Assembly: GCA_046582655.1 (NCBI GenBank)
Contig: JAYGDX010000089.1
Span: 1 to 64,000 of the forward strand
Direction: 5' to 3'
Origin: Candidatus Poribacteria bacterium
GTDB lineage: Bacteria > Poribacteria > WGA-4E > UBA9662
DNA length: 64,000 bases
Each line of letters opens with the position of its first letter. Position 1 is the first letter of the stretch. The notes below the pieces were generated by a model. It saw only the letters and a program-made list of their open reading frames with translations. It did no database searches and was not told where the DNA came from. Below are positions 21,574 through 33,856 of the stretch, in pieces. The translations under genes and the position numbers were made by a program.

Positions 21574-22296
21574 TCAGGTTAGTGTTCTCTCGATTCCATT
21601 GACATATTTTGAATTCCTGGTCATCCTGAACGGAAAATGGTTAGTAATTGCATCTGCGCCCGCATCCTTACTGAAATCGTATTTCAGTTCAAGAACGGTG
21701 CTGATTTTATCTGAATCCTGTTGAAAAAGAGTTTGGGAATGTGAGTTTACTGTGTTGCATTCCATACCTGAATCGATAGTGATACGATAGTGCCCATCCC
21801 ATGATCTATAGTATTTTCGGAGATAACGATTCAGCAGATGGGGGTTCAAAGAAGAGACATATGCTTTTATCGAATCCGGAAGATCTGAATTTCTGATCAA
21901 ACCGTTTATACCTCCCACCCCAATTTGTTGGTTAATCAAAAATGAGGATAACGGAAACAATTTTTTTGCACCGAGGAATCCTTTCTTAAACTTAAATTCT
22001 AACATGGGTTCTTTCACAGACCTAAAAAAACGACCATACCAGCGAATCCGAATTTTTATCCGATTTCTTAAACCTTCGACGCTGTCACGGTAGTTTCGCA
22101 TTCCAAAGCTGTCAAGGTAAATATTGTTTACCCAACGTGGATGATGTATTTCGGAAAACATTGCTGGATGAAATCTAACAATTAGTTCTATCTCCTGTTG
22201 TGACAATTTAGACACAGCGAACTTCCGTTCGTAACGCCAAGTTTTGATATCAAACAGTTCTATCATGTTGCTTTTTGCCTTACATCTATTACTCAA
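21574..22296 (-). CDS. VTC (polyphosphate polymerase, CYTH-like) domain protein
   Basis: RYERKF, NNIYLD, RIKIRIRWY, LEFK.K, RITID, VLELKY, SKY. Confidence 0.85.
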   Translation of the reverse strand: MSNRCKAKSNMIELFDIKTWRYERKFAVSKLSQQEIELIVRFHPAMFSEIHHPRWVNNIYLDSFGMRNYRDSVEGLRNRIKIRIRWYGRFFRSVKEPMLEFKFKKGFLGAKKLFPLSSFLINQQIGVGGINGLIRNSDLPDSIKAYVSSLNPHLLNRYLRKYYRSWDGHYRITIDSGMECNTVNSHSQTLFQQDSDKISTVLELKYDFSKDAGADAITNHFPFRMTRNSKYVNGIERTLT

Positions 22297-22546
22297 AACA
22301 GATAGGGTGGGAAGAGTGGAAAGTCAATTGCCACGAAAATCCAGAACCTAGGGTAACTACATTGGGTGACATTTGTCAGCAGATCTTTATAGAAAAAACG
22401 ATATCGACGACGAGCAAAAAACATACCTAGATATCCAGTCAGTTGATTTATATTTTGAGAAATTAACTGGCATAGATCGAATCTCTTTTCTACAAATTAA
22501 TGATGAGTGGAAAGCAGAAGGCAAACGGCAAAAAATTAACCAGAGA

Positions 22547-25198
22547 TCACAACATGCTCTTCTCATCTTTAACACCGTACAATATCTTTTTGACATCTTC
22601 TTGGTATGTGTTTATTTTCTTCTGATTGATAACTATAGCCGACTTTTCTTCAACAAGGTACAATGTCTTTATATTTTCCATCTCAAGGTGTGTTGCCATT
22701 ATCAGTCCACCGCTAAATTCCGGTTTTTTTTGAAAGGCTACCAAACCATAGTGGGAATTATCTATCTTGAGTTGATCAACGCTCACTTGAGATAGGTCTT
22801 TACTTGCCAAACCGATCTTGGCATTTTTAATATCCACTCGATGAACAAGCATTTCACTGTTCTCTCCAGCACTAAGTCCTTTATCGCCACATCCATCGAT
22901 TGTAACATCTTTGACCTGAACTATACTGCCAGACACATCAATAGCATCATTCCCGCAATGTAAAAAAGATGATTCCATGACCTCACCTTCACAGAAATCG
23001 ATATCAAGCGCATCAGAAAATGAATGGCTAAAAACCGTATTTCTAATCATGAATTCCGATCTCATAATATGGAGACTGTCCTCAGATCTTGAGCCAATGA
23101 ACTGACAGTTGGCAATCTGAACTGGTGATTCATAAAATGTAATTGCTCCTGTCAACTCCCAACCATTTTTTGCAGAGGCTGCCAAATTGTGAAACTTGAC
23201 GAACTTTAGTACCGACTGCTCTGAAGAGCTCATAACCGTTAAACCCTGTCCCGACGAGTTGTCAGACGAAATGACAATCGGTTCCTCTTCGTTACCGATA
23301 AAATAGATCGAAGAGTAAGAAAGGATCGTAGCGGAATCGATTAAATTGATCTTTACACCTGACGGACAAACTAGATGATAGTCCTCCGGCACTATCAGGT
23401 CTTGATCAATCGTCCATGTTCCCCTTTGAATAGAAATTTGCTTTAATTCTTCGTTGATTTTCAAGAAATCAAATGCATGGATATTAGATGATTGCCGGAT
23501 AAAATCATGCTTTGCGAAATCATTCCGCATGTAAGACCAGGGAAAGACAGTTTCGGACCTTGTCTGATCCGTTCCCAAAATCCGGTAATTAATTTTTAGA
23601 TTAGATCTCATACTATCATCCCACGCAAAATCTGCCGGAATCCCAAATTTGATGTTCTGATAATTTGTGAGTTTCCTCGGCACTTTGGCGGGAAGAATGA
23701 TCTTCCCATTAGCTTGAAATGTAACTGAGTCCTTGTATGAAACGCTATCGACCTCAATTGGCAGGGGCTGGATGCTTGCTACCTGAAGCTCAATTTCATT
23801 TTCATCTACCCTATATTGATAGGCATGCAGTCCCTTGACAGGATTTAGAATTGCTTTAATGTATTCTTGGTTCTCTCTATACACCTTTTTCGAAAAATGA
23901 GGCCGAAAAAATTCACTTTTAAGAATATTAAGATTAATAGCGAGATTTACATCTAAAGACGCGAACAGATTATCGAGATAAGCAGGTTCTGAAATCCGAT
24001 TTAGCGCTTTGACATATCGACGAAAGAATGTTTCATCGTAAAAAACCCTTGCATAATAGCTATGTCCAATTTGTGACGCATGGTTTCCAAGGTAATTTCC
24101 GTTAATTGTGGCACACAATGACCTAACAGGTTGACCTGCATTTCCATCAAACCCAATAGGCTGTAATTTCGAGGTTATAGGATTATAATAGAATCTTGCA
24201 TTATGCCAACGTGAACCGTGTTCAGCTCCCATTAGATCGGTAAGAGCAAAGAATTTAGCCAGTTTCTCAACATCGAAAACCTGACTGGTCTTTAATTGTC
24301 CCCGACGAAATAACTCCAGTAGATGCACTGCTTTGAGATACTGTTTGTGATTACTTGGTTTCGAAATCCACTTCGTTGTTTGAAATGTATCGATACCACT
24401 TGAGAGGTAAGACCCGCTGCTCATCTTAGCTTGATTAAATGCACTTTTTTGTGCTATTTCTTTCCAGAAAAATTCTTCATTGAATCTGACGATTGGTCCG
24501 TCATGTAACTGGTTATGACCTAAAAGATATTCGTCAAAATGTTCTTCTAAGGCATAAATGCCTAGATCCTCTTGGTTCAAGACAACTCTAATAAACTGAT
24601 AACGCAACCCCAGAAGACCTTCTCTTCTCAATGTTTGATGGAAAAGCCATTCATTAAGATAATTCCGTGTTTTGGGATGATGTATGGAAAACCTTTTCAT
24701 TCCCAAAATAGTGTTATTTCCTTTAACAATGATTCGGAATGACCATTTTTTACCTTGAAGATGATCTATGTGGTCGCCTTTTAGGCGAAGTTTGACCTTT
24801 ATTGCCTCATCTCCATGTTGTATCATCGCTGGAACATAGTCGGCTTTCGTAACAAACAATTTATCTTTTCTCAAAGCACGTTCTCTTTGAAGAGACAGGC
24901 TGCGAAAGTTTTTAGGCTTGATATCTATTCGAATCTGATCTGCTTTTTTCGTTTGTCGTATTCGCGAGAAACTGACAGAGACAAAAATTGCAAACGAATC
25001 GCGAACCGATTTTATGTTATCCTCGAATTCACTATAGCAATGACCTCCATAAATGAATATTAATAAGCTGTATACCATGAATAGAGAACCTATAAACAGG
25101 TAGAACGATAGTTTCCAAGATCGGGCATTCTTGAGAAGCCAATTTTTTTTGCCCTTTAATGAAATCCAGTGCTGCCCATCGGAATTTTTGATTTCCAA
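22547..25198 (-). CDS. CotH kinase family protein with C-terminal beta-helix domain
   Basis: N-terminal TM; KLRLKGD..DHL..KKWSFRI, GIYALEE, H...WHN.RFYYNP, PIGFD; C-terminal EDSLH/SDALD.DF/GNDAID.SG/DKGLSAGE repeats. Confidence 0.8.
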   Translation of the reverse strand: MEIKNSDGQHWISLKGKKNWLLKNARSWKLSFYLFIGSLFMVYSLLIFIYGGHCYSEFEDNIKSVRDSFAIFVSVSFSRIRQTKKADQIRIDIKPKNFRSLSLQRERALRKDKLFVTKADYVPAMIQHGDEAIKVKLRLKGDHIDHLQGKKWSFRIIVKGNNTILGMKRFSIHHPKTRNYLNEWLFHQTLRREGLLGLRYQFIRVVLNQEDLGIYALEEHFDEYLLGHNQLHDGPIVRFNEEFFWKEIAQKSAFNQAKMSSGSYLSSGIDTFQTTKWISKPSNHKQYLKAVHLLELFRRGQLKTSQVFDVEKLAKFFALTDLMGAEHGSRWHNARFYYNPITSKLQPIGFDGNAGQPVRSLCATINGNYLGNHASQIGHSYYARVFYDETFFRRYVKALNRISEPAYLDNLFASLDVNLAINLNILKSEFFRPHFSKKVYRENQEYIKAILNPVKGLHAYQYRVDENEIELQVASIQPLPIEVDSVSYKDSVTFQANGKIILPAKVPRKLTNYQNIKFGIPADFAWDDSMRSNLKINYRILGTDQTRSETVFPWSYMRNDFAKHDFIRQSSNIHAFDFLKINEELKQISIQRGTWTIDQDLIVPEDYHLVCPSGVKINLIDSATILSYSSIYFIGNEEEPIVISSDNSSGQGLTVMSSSEQSVLKFVKFHNLAASAKNGWELTGAITFYESPVQIANCQFIGSRSEDSLHIMRSEFMIRNTVFSHSFSDALDIDFCEGEVMESSFLHCGNDAIDVSGSIVQVKDVTIDGCGDKGLSAGENSEMLVHRVDIKNAKIGLASKDLSQVSVDQLKIDNSHYGLVAFQKKPEFSGGLIMATHLEMENIKTLYLVEEKSAIVINQKKINTYQEDVKKILYGVKDEKSML

Positions 25199-25235
25199 CT
25201 AATATGTCTCCATAGATGAGCGCCAGCAGATGGCG

Positions 25236-25913
25236 TTAGCTATTGTCTATAAATGAGATGCGCATTGAATCATTAAGCCCCTGCAACTCAGATTTACTCA
25301 TCTCTAGTTGTGAATAATTCTCAAAACCAACCAGAAATGATGCTTCCAATAAATTCGAGTTTTCGTCAAATCTCTTTAAATTAACATCCGTACAATGCTT
25401 CTGAAGCACTTTGATGATAACATTAAGTTCGTTTCCATCCTGAGTTGGACTTGAAATTGTAAGATATAGGTTTTGGCCATTTTCCATATTATTTTGATTT
25501 ATATTTCTCAGCCAGATTATCGCAATAATTGTTAGTAATGTAACAATTGTGATGATAGCTTGATTTGCTCCAATACCCATCCCAATTGCAATAGTGAGAA
25601 ACAGATATGAAAGTTCTTCTGGTTCTTTGATTGCTGTTCGGAACCTAATGATTGAAAGTGCGCCAATTAAGCCTAGCGAAAGTACGAGTGATGATTTTAT
25701 AATTGTAATGATAAACATTGTTGTCATTGTAATCGGCAAAAAATTTCGAGCGAATTGTTTTCGGTTGGAGAGTGCTGATCCGTATTTGGCATAAACCCAA
25801 CCTAAAACTAACGACAGAACTGCGGACAGAAACAGGTTGAAAATCATGATCCAAACGGAGACTTGTTCGGCCGCGTTAGCTGACAATTCTTGTAAGATCG
25901 GTAAATTTCTCAC
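25236..25913 (-). CDS. DUF4956 membrane protein
   Basis: SLVLSLGLIGALSIIRFRTAIKEPEEL.YLF..IAIG...G. Confidence 0.85.
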   Translation of the reverse strand: MRNLPILQELSANAAEQVSVWIMIFNLFLSAVLSLVLGWVYAKYGSALSNRKQFARNFLPITMTTMFIITIIKSSLVLSLGLIGALSIIRFRTAIKEPEELSYLFLTIAIGMGIGANQAIITIVTLLTIIAIIWLRNINQNNMENGQNLYLTISSPTQDGNELNVIIKVLQKHCTDVNLKRFDENSNLLEASFLVGFENYSQLEMSKSELQGLNDSMRISFIDNS

Positions 25914-26004
25914 AAAGGAGTTATTAGCCTCATATCATGAGATCGTGAAATAATTGGATAGAGGGAGATTAATTTAACGTTGGTGATCAGTTGCATCTAA
26001 CTTG

Positions 26005-27003
26005 CTAGATACCTTGAAGAGACAATTCATCATGTAGATGACACGCTACCTCTGATCCTGATGTGGTCGTTTCAAGTCGCAGTTCCTCTCGCGAACATAT
26101 ATCCGTCGCATAGCCACATCGCGGATGGAAATGACATCCCAATGGGGGATTAGATGGATCTGGAACATCTCCTTCAAGTCTAATTCTTTTTCGTCCCCGT
26201 TGTATCTCTGGATCCGGCATTGGAACAGCCGATATCAGCGCTTCGGTATATGGATGTTTCGGATGATGGTAAACTTCGTGTGCAAGATTAGTTTCCACAA
26301 TCCGACCAAGGTACATGACAGCAATACGGTCACTGATATGCTCTACAACACTTAAATCATGGGCGATGAAGATATAAGAAAGCTGAAATTCCTCCTTCAG
26401 TTCCTCCAGCAAGTTGAGAATCTGAGCTTGGATCGAAACATCCAGTGACGAAACTGGTTCATCCGCAATAATCAGTTCTGGTCGTAATGCTAATGCCCGT
26501 GCAATTCCAATCCTCTGTCGCTGTCCTCCGCTGAAAGCGTGTGGATAACGACGCATATCATCTTTCTGTAACCCGACTGATTCAAGCAAGTTAACAACTC
26601 GGTCTTCTGTTTCGGACCTATTTGAAACTTGATTAACATAGAGGGGCTCAGCAACGATGTCACCAACAGTCATCCGTGGATTAAGAGACGAATATGGATC
26701 TTGAAAAATCATCTGTATTCTGCGTCTATACGGCTTCAATTCGGCCTGAGTCAGTTGGCAGAAATCAATCTGCTCCTCACCAAACAAAACCTCGCCATCA
26801 GTTGGCTCTATTAGCCGCATCAAGCAGCGACCAGCTGTGGTTTTCCCACAGCCGCTTTCTCCAACCAATCCAAGGGTTTCGCCACGGTGCACATCAAAAC
26901 TCACGCCATCTACCGCTTTTACATAGCCAGCCTGCTTTTGCAATATGCCACGTCGAATTGGAAAGTATTTCTTTAGGTTTTTAACTTGAAGAATTTTTCT
27001 CAT
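26005..27003 (-). CDS. Oligopeptide ABC ATPase (OppF/DppF-like)
   Basis: [31 protein letters not shown]. Confidence 0.92.
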   Translation of the reverse strand: MRKILQVKNLKKYFPIRRGILQKQAGYVKAVDGVSFDVHRGETLGLVGESGCGKTTAGRCLMRLIEPTDGEVLFGEEQIDFCQLTQAELKPYRRRIQMIFQDPYSSLNPRMTVGDIVAEPLYVNQVSNRSETEDRVVNLLESVGLQKDDMRRYPHAFSGGQRQRIGIARALALRPELIIADEPVSSLDVSIQAQILNLLEELKEEFQLSYIFIAHDLSVVEHISDRIAVMYLGRIVETNLAHEVYHHPKHPYTEALISAVPMPDPEIQRGRKRIRLEGDVPDPSNPPLGCHFHPRCGYATDICSREELRLETTTSGSEVACHLHDELSLQGI

Positions 27004-27023
27004 GCTTTAATTTCACATACACT

Positions 27024-28016
<993 letters not shown>

Positions 28017-28066
28017 CTATTAATCCTGATATAAATTTTAAATCAACATGACAGAATAGCAAGGAA

Positions 28067-31000
28067 CTAGTTTCCTGCTAATACCTTGAAGTTCCCAACA
28101 TCCTCAAGAATTAGCAGGCCGAGACTACTGGGAGGAACTGACTCAGTATTGGGCATTTGTTCGGCCCAATAAACCGATCGTTCATCTGACCGGTGAATGA
28201 TGAAATTAAAACCCAGCTTATTGTTTCGTTTCATTTTTATGGGATCAAATCCTTTAAGTATAGGATAGAAAGGGAGGCGTGCCTCGATCATATAATAATT
28301 TTCCTGCTCAGTCACGGCTATTTGTAATCCCTTAGCTTCATAATTCGGAACCAGTCTGGGTGCAGACTGTCCGAAATATGGCCGGCTACCATTAAAGCCG
28401 CCGCCCTTCGGACAAACCCAAAAAATGAACCGATCCGAATCACCTTGGCTGTCGAGGTAATCAGGCCTGTGTTCATGTATCGGGTGGAGGTCAATATGGA
28501 GTTCAAGTGCATCAGAACCTTGATAGTATCGAATTGGATCACCCACTTCAACTTGATTGTCATAAATTTGTGCTAGAAAGTATAGTGAGTCTTGATCCCA
28601 TTGTAGCCACAATAGACCTTCATTTTTTGGAGTCACGATTGCCTTTTCGAGTGGCCATTGATCATCAAGACCATCAATGACGACGGGTTTATTGGTTCTT
28701 GCTGCCCAAGCAATCAAATTCGATCGGCACATGGTTGTTATCTCAACATTTGTTTCACCAGTCTCAATTAAACGATCATCGTAAATCATGGCAATCATTT
28801 CCCCACCGGTCAATCCAAGCTCATTGGATTCATTGATATCTCGTCCATATGCTGTTTGAATTGATCCACGAAATATCCGGGAATTTTTACTCTCTTCCAG
28901 AAGCACAATATGACTACCTGTTTCCATTTCATTGACCCGTACTCGCAAATTGGCTGATTCAGTTATAGAAGGGTCAACATTGAGATCCTGATCTTCCAAG
29001 CGGAAATAAAGTGTGGCGCCAATATTAAAATTCCGAAGCACTGAACCGTCTTTACGGGTGACAGTTAAATTGCCACGGATCCCTTTATTAGCGTAGGTAA
29101 TATCCTCGACAGTTGTTGCGTTGATGGCACTAAATTGAGGCGAATAGATGGCAGTTACTGCTTCTTCTCCTTGGACGTCAAGTGTGTCATCTGCGACTGC
29201 TGTTCTTCCATAGCGGGTTGGAACGACCCCCCAAAATACGCCGTTTTGGTTCGGCTTCTTTTCTAGTACTACATCAACCTGATCTTGTGTTCGGTTCCCA
29301 TAAATAGTGATCGTCACTTCACTTGCGTCAACGACAGTACTGAGAAGAAGATCTTCAAGCCAGAAGTAAAGCAGATCTCCAGCCATAAAACTGCCGACTT
29401 CACTTTCATTGTCATCGGTAATCTTTAGAATGCCTTCATTACCGCTGAGCACAATAGCCTGCACCTTTGTCATTATTCCGGTTTCACCAGTTGCTGTGAG
29501 TGCGTCCAAATAGCTTATAGCAATCACTTCCTTATCAGTAAGCACCAATCCAATTGGATCGGTATTTGCCTGATTACTAGTTGTGAAGGTTCCTGCAAAG
29601 ATACCGGAATTTTTGTTTGTTTCGTGCAGACTAATAACCTTCTCGTTTCCCAGTACATTTCCACGAACAGTTACTTTTGTTGACTCAATTTTTTCAGGAA
29701 AGAGATCTAAATCTTTATCAGTTAACCGAACCAACAGTTGTTCGCTATTATTGAAACTTCCGATACCAACAGAGAAATTGCTGATTAAACGAAGTGATTC
29801 GACAGTATAAATTTCAATATCACCGGTTTCTCCCACCGCTACCATCAGATCAACACGGATTTTCACCTGTGTTGCGCCGGTATCCTGTAAGGCATCAGTA
29901 TACACAAAGGTGACAATGTCACCGCCTTGAACCTGCAGGACACCATCATTCACAATTGGGTTCGAGCCGTAATCAGTTTTTAGTCGACCGCGAAAGACAC
30001 CTGCGTTTCCAAAAACCCCCCACATCGTTATCCTTATCCTATCACGAACCGTATTTTCGGTAAGATCGGTTTCGAATACCTGAGCCACTACGTTTGTTGT
30101 ATCCAGATCTGCATCTTTGATTTCAAGGATCAGCGTGTCACTCGCACGAAAACGGTTTATTGGAGAATTCAACATGGAATCTGGATTAAAACCTGATTCA
30201 TTATAAACATGAATATTTCCAGTCGTCCCAACGTTTGTTTCACAGGTATCAACAATCTCGATATTTGTTTCACCAGTTGCCCTCAAACCATCAAGATAGA
30301 CAGCCTGAATTTTTTCTGCCCCTTTTACCTGAATTACTCCATCATCAATTTGCGCTTCGGTGCTATATAGCGTAGGAATAGAACCGGAAAAGTTCCCTTC
30401 GGCAGACGTCGAGAACAACACTAACTTCTCCCGATCGTTTAGCATATTACCACTAAGAGCAATCGCAATAACATCCTGAACGATGTCCTTATCACGAAGA
30501 CGCAAGTGAAGCATGTTTCCAGCGTTGAAATTCTCCAGATCAGTCACCTGATTTGATTGTACAATCCCAATGATCCCATCATAGCCAGTCACGGCCTGAG
30601 CGACTCTCGAAATCAAGACTCCAGTCTCTCCGGAACCCCGAATTTGATCGACGTAACCAACCGTAACTTTTTCACCACCGACTACTTCGAGTTTATTGTT
30701 TTTAGTGTCAGCTTTTATTGCATATGTCGTTTCGACAGAGGCGATAAAAATACTGCTATCAGCATCGGTTTCAGTCAAAGCCAGTCTATATTGATCCTGT
30801 AATTGATCCCCTTCAATTATGACATCAATGATTTCTTTTTGCGTTAAATCTTGATTGAGATCCGTATCTTGGAGTTCAATTTGTAGTGGAGTTCCTGCTT
30901 TGAAAAGCATGTCTCCGGGTATCAGTCTTCCGTTGATATTTAATTGTGCGGTATCGCCAATTTTTACCGTTTTTTGAGTTTGAATTGTTACATTGGCTTC

Positions 31001-33844
31001 ACCTGTTTCTCGCAGTTGATCCACATATATGGCACTAATCGTCTGCATCCCAACTGCTTGAAGTATCATGTCATTTGGATCAGAAGTTTCACTGTAGACA
31101 GTTGTGAACTGTCCAGAATGATAGTTATTTTCTGAATCAAACAAAAGTTTAAGTGATTCACTTTCATCAGTTCCGATTACTGCGAGCTCCACCTCGATCT
31201 CGCTACTTTTTGACACGTCGGCATCTTGAACAATAATATGAAGTTTCGAACCCAGTTCAATCATCTTAGCCGGTCGTTCGACATTATTAATGAAGATTTT
31301 ACCGTCGTTCCCGCTGGTTGCAACCACTGTTGCTTCAACCAGCTTGTTTCGTTCGTCACGACTGAAATAGGGATCAATGTAAGTCAATAGAATTTCGTCA
31401 TTTCCACGTACTTTTAATATATCCAACGAACTACCTTCTGCATCGGAAGTATCTCGCTCTTTTTCAAAGACTGTTACAACCCGAGTGGTGAACAGAGAAC
31501 TATTTTCAGATCTATTACCCCTAACATCATCAATTAGGGTAGTAAAATCAGTCTCATATAATGCAAGACGCATGGTTTGGCTAGTAGTGGTATTCGTTAA
31601 TGCGGCTTGAATTGACTCCGACTCTGCGCGGTCGGTGTTACTATCTGCATCCCACACACATAAGCTAATTACATCACCCGCTGTAAAAGTGAATATGGGC
31701 ATTAGCAACCGTTCATCCATAAACACAACCCGACCGCTAATTTGGCTGACCAGTTCAATTACATTCCAATCACTGGGTGAAGCGTTTACATCACCAGATG
31801 CATAAGCAAAACTACGATCTCCCACAGAATAGATGTAATTGAATCCAATCGATTTGCCAATGTCGGGAATATAATTCTGAAGAACCAGATCTTTTGGAAG
31901 ACATACTTCTAGGTTATATCCCTTGTCTGTCGGCATGATTTTGGCGTCGATATATTTATGGAAGTTAATATTCTTAGGGATGGCATCCATGTGGTGGTGA
32001 ATCTGGGTGGGATGAACGAAAAGTTGATTTGTGTCCGATCCGTAGATTGTCAAAACGAAATGGTGGTCACTTGTTTTGTACATGCCAGTTGAAGCTTTTC
32101 TGGTAGAATCGCAAAAGATATGAATGACATCGCGATCCGTACTTTTAAGATCGGCATGTTTGATAGTAGCAGCAATATAAAAATTTTCTTCGTTCCATTG
32201 GGTGTAGAGCGTAACTAGATCTTGTATTGGTTTAGCATCTAAAAAACGGCCAAATTTTTTGGGATCCGGATCAATTTCACGTGCCATGTGTGGATACAAA
32301 AGGTGCCAATCTTCTATATAACCATCAATTACGATCTCTTGATTCACCTTAATGGCACGACCAATCTGATCGTTTGACAATTGCTGAGACTTTACCATTT
32401 CAGAACCAGAGATTTTGATCGGTCGAGCTTCATATAGCCGTACTTCGGAAACGACTGCATTGGGACCGGCAATTCGATTAAAATGAAGTTCCATACGTCC
32501 GTCGGCATAGGCCTCAGAGGGAATGGGAATAGTTCTTGTGCTGAAATCTCCTACAGGTATTTCAATTGCCGGATGAAGGATGTGCCCATCAACCAGAAGA
32601 TCCTGAATACGTGTTCCACCATTCTCTTGCAGATATTCCACCTCTACCCAATAGAGCATCCAAGGTTTAAGTTGATTGTAGCCAACTTTTACAGCGTTAT
32701 AATGGTAAGAGAAACTTCTGGCGGAATTAGGATTACCCGGATTAACTTTGTCAGGCTCTCCACCTTCAGCAAGAAAATATCGATTTTCGCCACTGGTATC
32801 CCGATCAAAGGCAAATCCCTGTATCAGGTGCGGAGCTAAGATGTTATTTGCCTCACCAAGCCGCTCATGTTGCATCTGGATAGCGTTGTAATCCCTAAGT
32901 TCCCTCTCTAAACTATTAGGACGATAGTCTTTAGTATAGACCTCAAATTCGCGAATCTCAGCATAATCACCATGCCAATCACCATTTTCAATTTGTAAAC
33001 GAATATAACGTCCCTTCATCGGCATATCAAAGAGATGTTGATCTGCCACAGTCTCATCCGGTAATTCCTGAGATATATAGATATTCTGATAATCCTGTCC
33101 ATTCGAACTGATAGCAATTGAGTAGGTCTTAACGTTGTCTCCGGGACCATCAGTAGTCAGCTGAAACCCGTATATCTTTTGAATTTCGCCGATATCTGCG
33201 GTAACATAAACAGGTGTTTCCGGCGGTTTGTATTTTATCTCAACTTCTTCCCCTCCGTCCTCGACTTCAGTTTCTATTCGTTGCGCCGCCGCCCATTTTG
33301 AATCTCTGAAAGGAATTAGATCCTTTAGCATAGACAACTCAACTTCATTATAATTGGAAGTCATCGATTGAATGGGTGTATGGGATTTGTATCTTAATCC
33401 AACTTGAAAATCATCGACTTTTAAATTCGGTCTATTATTAAACCAGTCATTGATCACAACCTGAATCCAACGCGCTTCAGTTGGAAACTGAAAACGCTGC
33501 AGCGCGAAATTGTATTCACGTGAACTACCAACATAAGAAAAGGCACGTGTAAAACGTGATTTCGATCTGTCCTTTCCTACTAATATATCAAACTGTTTCG
33601 GTCCACTTTCATTTGGGTCTTCAAATCGAACCTTAACTTTGTCAACCAGGTAGACATAACCGAGATCATAGGTGGCAAAGGGAGGGTCGCTCCTGAGCAA
33701 ATCTGCCGACCGGAGGGATTCATCATCCATCTTGCGAACGGGCTTGATGAAGTATTGGTTTGTTCTCAGATTAACTTTATTTCGCGGATAAAACAGAAAA
33801 CCTAGTAGGATTGCGATACTGCTGAGGAAAAGATACTTAGCCAC
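28067..33844 (-). CDS. Giant exported/surface protein (1925 aa): discoidin (F5/8-like) domains, two CBM9-like domains and about eight ~120-aa repeats
   Basis: Hydrophobic N-terminus; DLG..Y.VD/ARWIQV and DIG....I/GRYIRL..IREFEVY discoidin-like motifs; IVIDGYIEDW and VVIDGLDDQW CBM9-like starts with GFN motifs; recurring D.D.....E....FxG...L.V.G.E.V...Y.D.....GET units. Confidence 0.75.
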   Translation of the reverse strand: MAKYLFLSSIAILLGFLFYPRNKVNLRTNQYFIKPVRKMDDESLRSADLLRSDPPFATYDLGYVYLVDKVKVRFEDPNESGPKQFDILVGKDRSKSRFTRAFSYVGSSREYNFALQRFQFPTEARWIQVVINDWFNNRPNLKVDDFQVGLRYKSHTPIQSMTSNYNEVELSMLKDLIPFRDSKWAAAQRIETEVEDGGEEVEIKYKPPETPVYVTADIGEIQKIYGFQLTTDGPGDNVKTYSIAISSNGQDYQNIYISQELPDETVADQHLFDMPMKGRYIRLQIENGDWHGDYAEIREFEVYTKDYRPNSLERELRDYNAIQMQHERLGEANNILAPHLIQGFAFDRDTSGENRYFLAEGGEPDKVNPGNPNSARSFSYHYNAVKVGYNQLKPWMLYWVEVEYLQENGGTRIQDLLVDGHILHPAIEIPVGDFSTRTIPIPSEAYADGRMELHFNRIAGPNAVVSEVRLYEARPIKISGSEMVKSQQLSNDQIGRAIKVNQEIVIDGYIEDWHLLYPHMAREIDPDPKKFGRFLDAKPIQDLVTLYTQWNEENFYIAATIKHADLKSTDRDVIHIFCDSTRKASTGMYKTSDHHFVLTIYGSDTNQLFVHPTQIHHHMDAIPKNINFHKYIDAKIMPTDKGYNLEVCLPKDLVLQNYIPDIGKSIGFNYIYSVGDRSFAYASGDVNASPSDWNVIELVSQISGRVVFMDERLLMPIFTFTAGDVISLCVWDADSNTDRAESESIQAALTNTTTSQTMRLALYETDFTTLIDDVRGNRSENSSLFTTRVVTVFEKERDTSDAEGSSLDILKVRGNDEILLTYIDPYFSRDERNKLVEATVVATSGNDGKIFINNVERPAKMIELGSKLHIIVQDADVSKSSEIEVELAVIGTDESESLKLLFDSENNYHSGQFTTVYSETSDPNDMILQAVGMQTISAIYVDQLRETGEANVTIQTQKTVKIGDTAQLNINGRLIPGDMLFKAGTPLQIELQDTDLNQDLTQKEIIDVIIEGDQLQDQYRLALTETDADSSIFIASVETTYAIKADTKNNKLEVVGGEKVTVGYVDQIRGSGETGVLISRVAQAVTGYDGIIGIVQSNQVTDLENFNAGNMLHLRLRDKDIVQDVIAIALSGNMLNDREKLVLFSTSAEGNFSGSIPTLYSTEAQIDDGVIQVKGAEKIQAVYLDGLRATGETNIEIVDTCETNVGTTGNIHVYNESGFNPDSMLNSPINRFRASDTLILEIKDADLDTTNVVAQVFETDLTENTVRDRIRITMWGVFGNAGVFRGRLKTDYGSNPIVNDGVLQVQGGDIVTFVYTDALQDTGATQVKIRVDLMVAVGETGDIEIYTVESLRLISNFSVGIGSFNNSEQLLVRLTDKDLDLFPEKIESTKVTVRGNVLGNEKVISLHETNKNSGIFAGTFTTSNQANTDPIGLVLTDKEVIAISYLDALTATGETGIMTKVQAIVLSGNEGILKITDDNESEVGSFMAGDLLYFWLEDLLLSTVVDASEVTITIYGNRTQDQVDVVLEKKPNQNGVFWGVVPTRYGRTAVADDTLDVQGEEAVTAIYSPQFSAINATTVEDITYANKGIRGNLTVTRKDGSVLRNFNIGATLYFRLEDQDLNVDPSITESANLRVRVNEMETGSHIVLLEESKNSRIFRGSIQTAYGRDINESNELGLTGGEMIAMIYDDRLIETGETNVEITTMCRSNLIAWAARTNKPVVIDGLDDQWPLEKAIVTPKNEGLLWLQWDQDSLYFLAQIYDNQVEVGDPIRYYQGSDALELHIDLHPIHEHRPDYLDSQGDSDRFIFWVCPKGGGFNGSRPYFGQSAPRLVPNYEAKGLQIAVTEQENYYMIEARLPFYPILKGFDPIKMKRNNKLGFNFIIHRSDERSVYWAEQMPNTESVPPSSLGLLILEDVGNFKVLAGN

Positions 33845-33856
33845 AAAGCTAACCCT

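Noticed and set aside
22373..22795. ORFs between and overlapping cotH and the VTC gene
   Set aside because: Antisense or overlapping frames without recognisable features; a decayed small gene cannot be supported.
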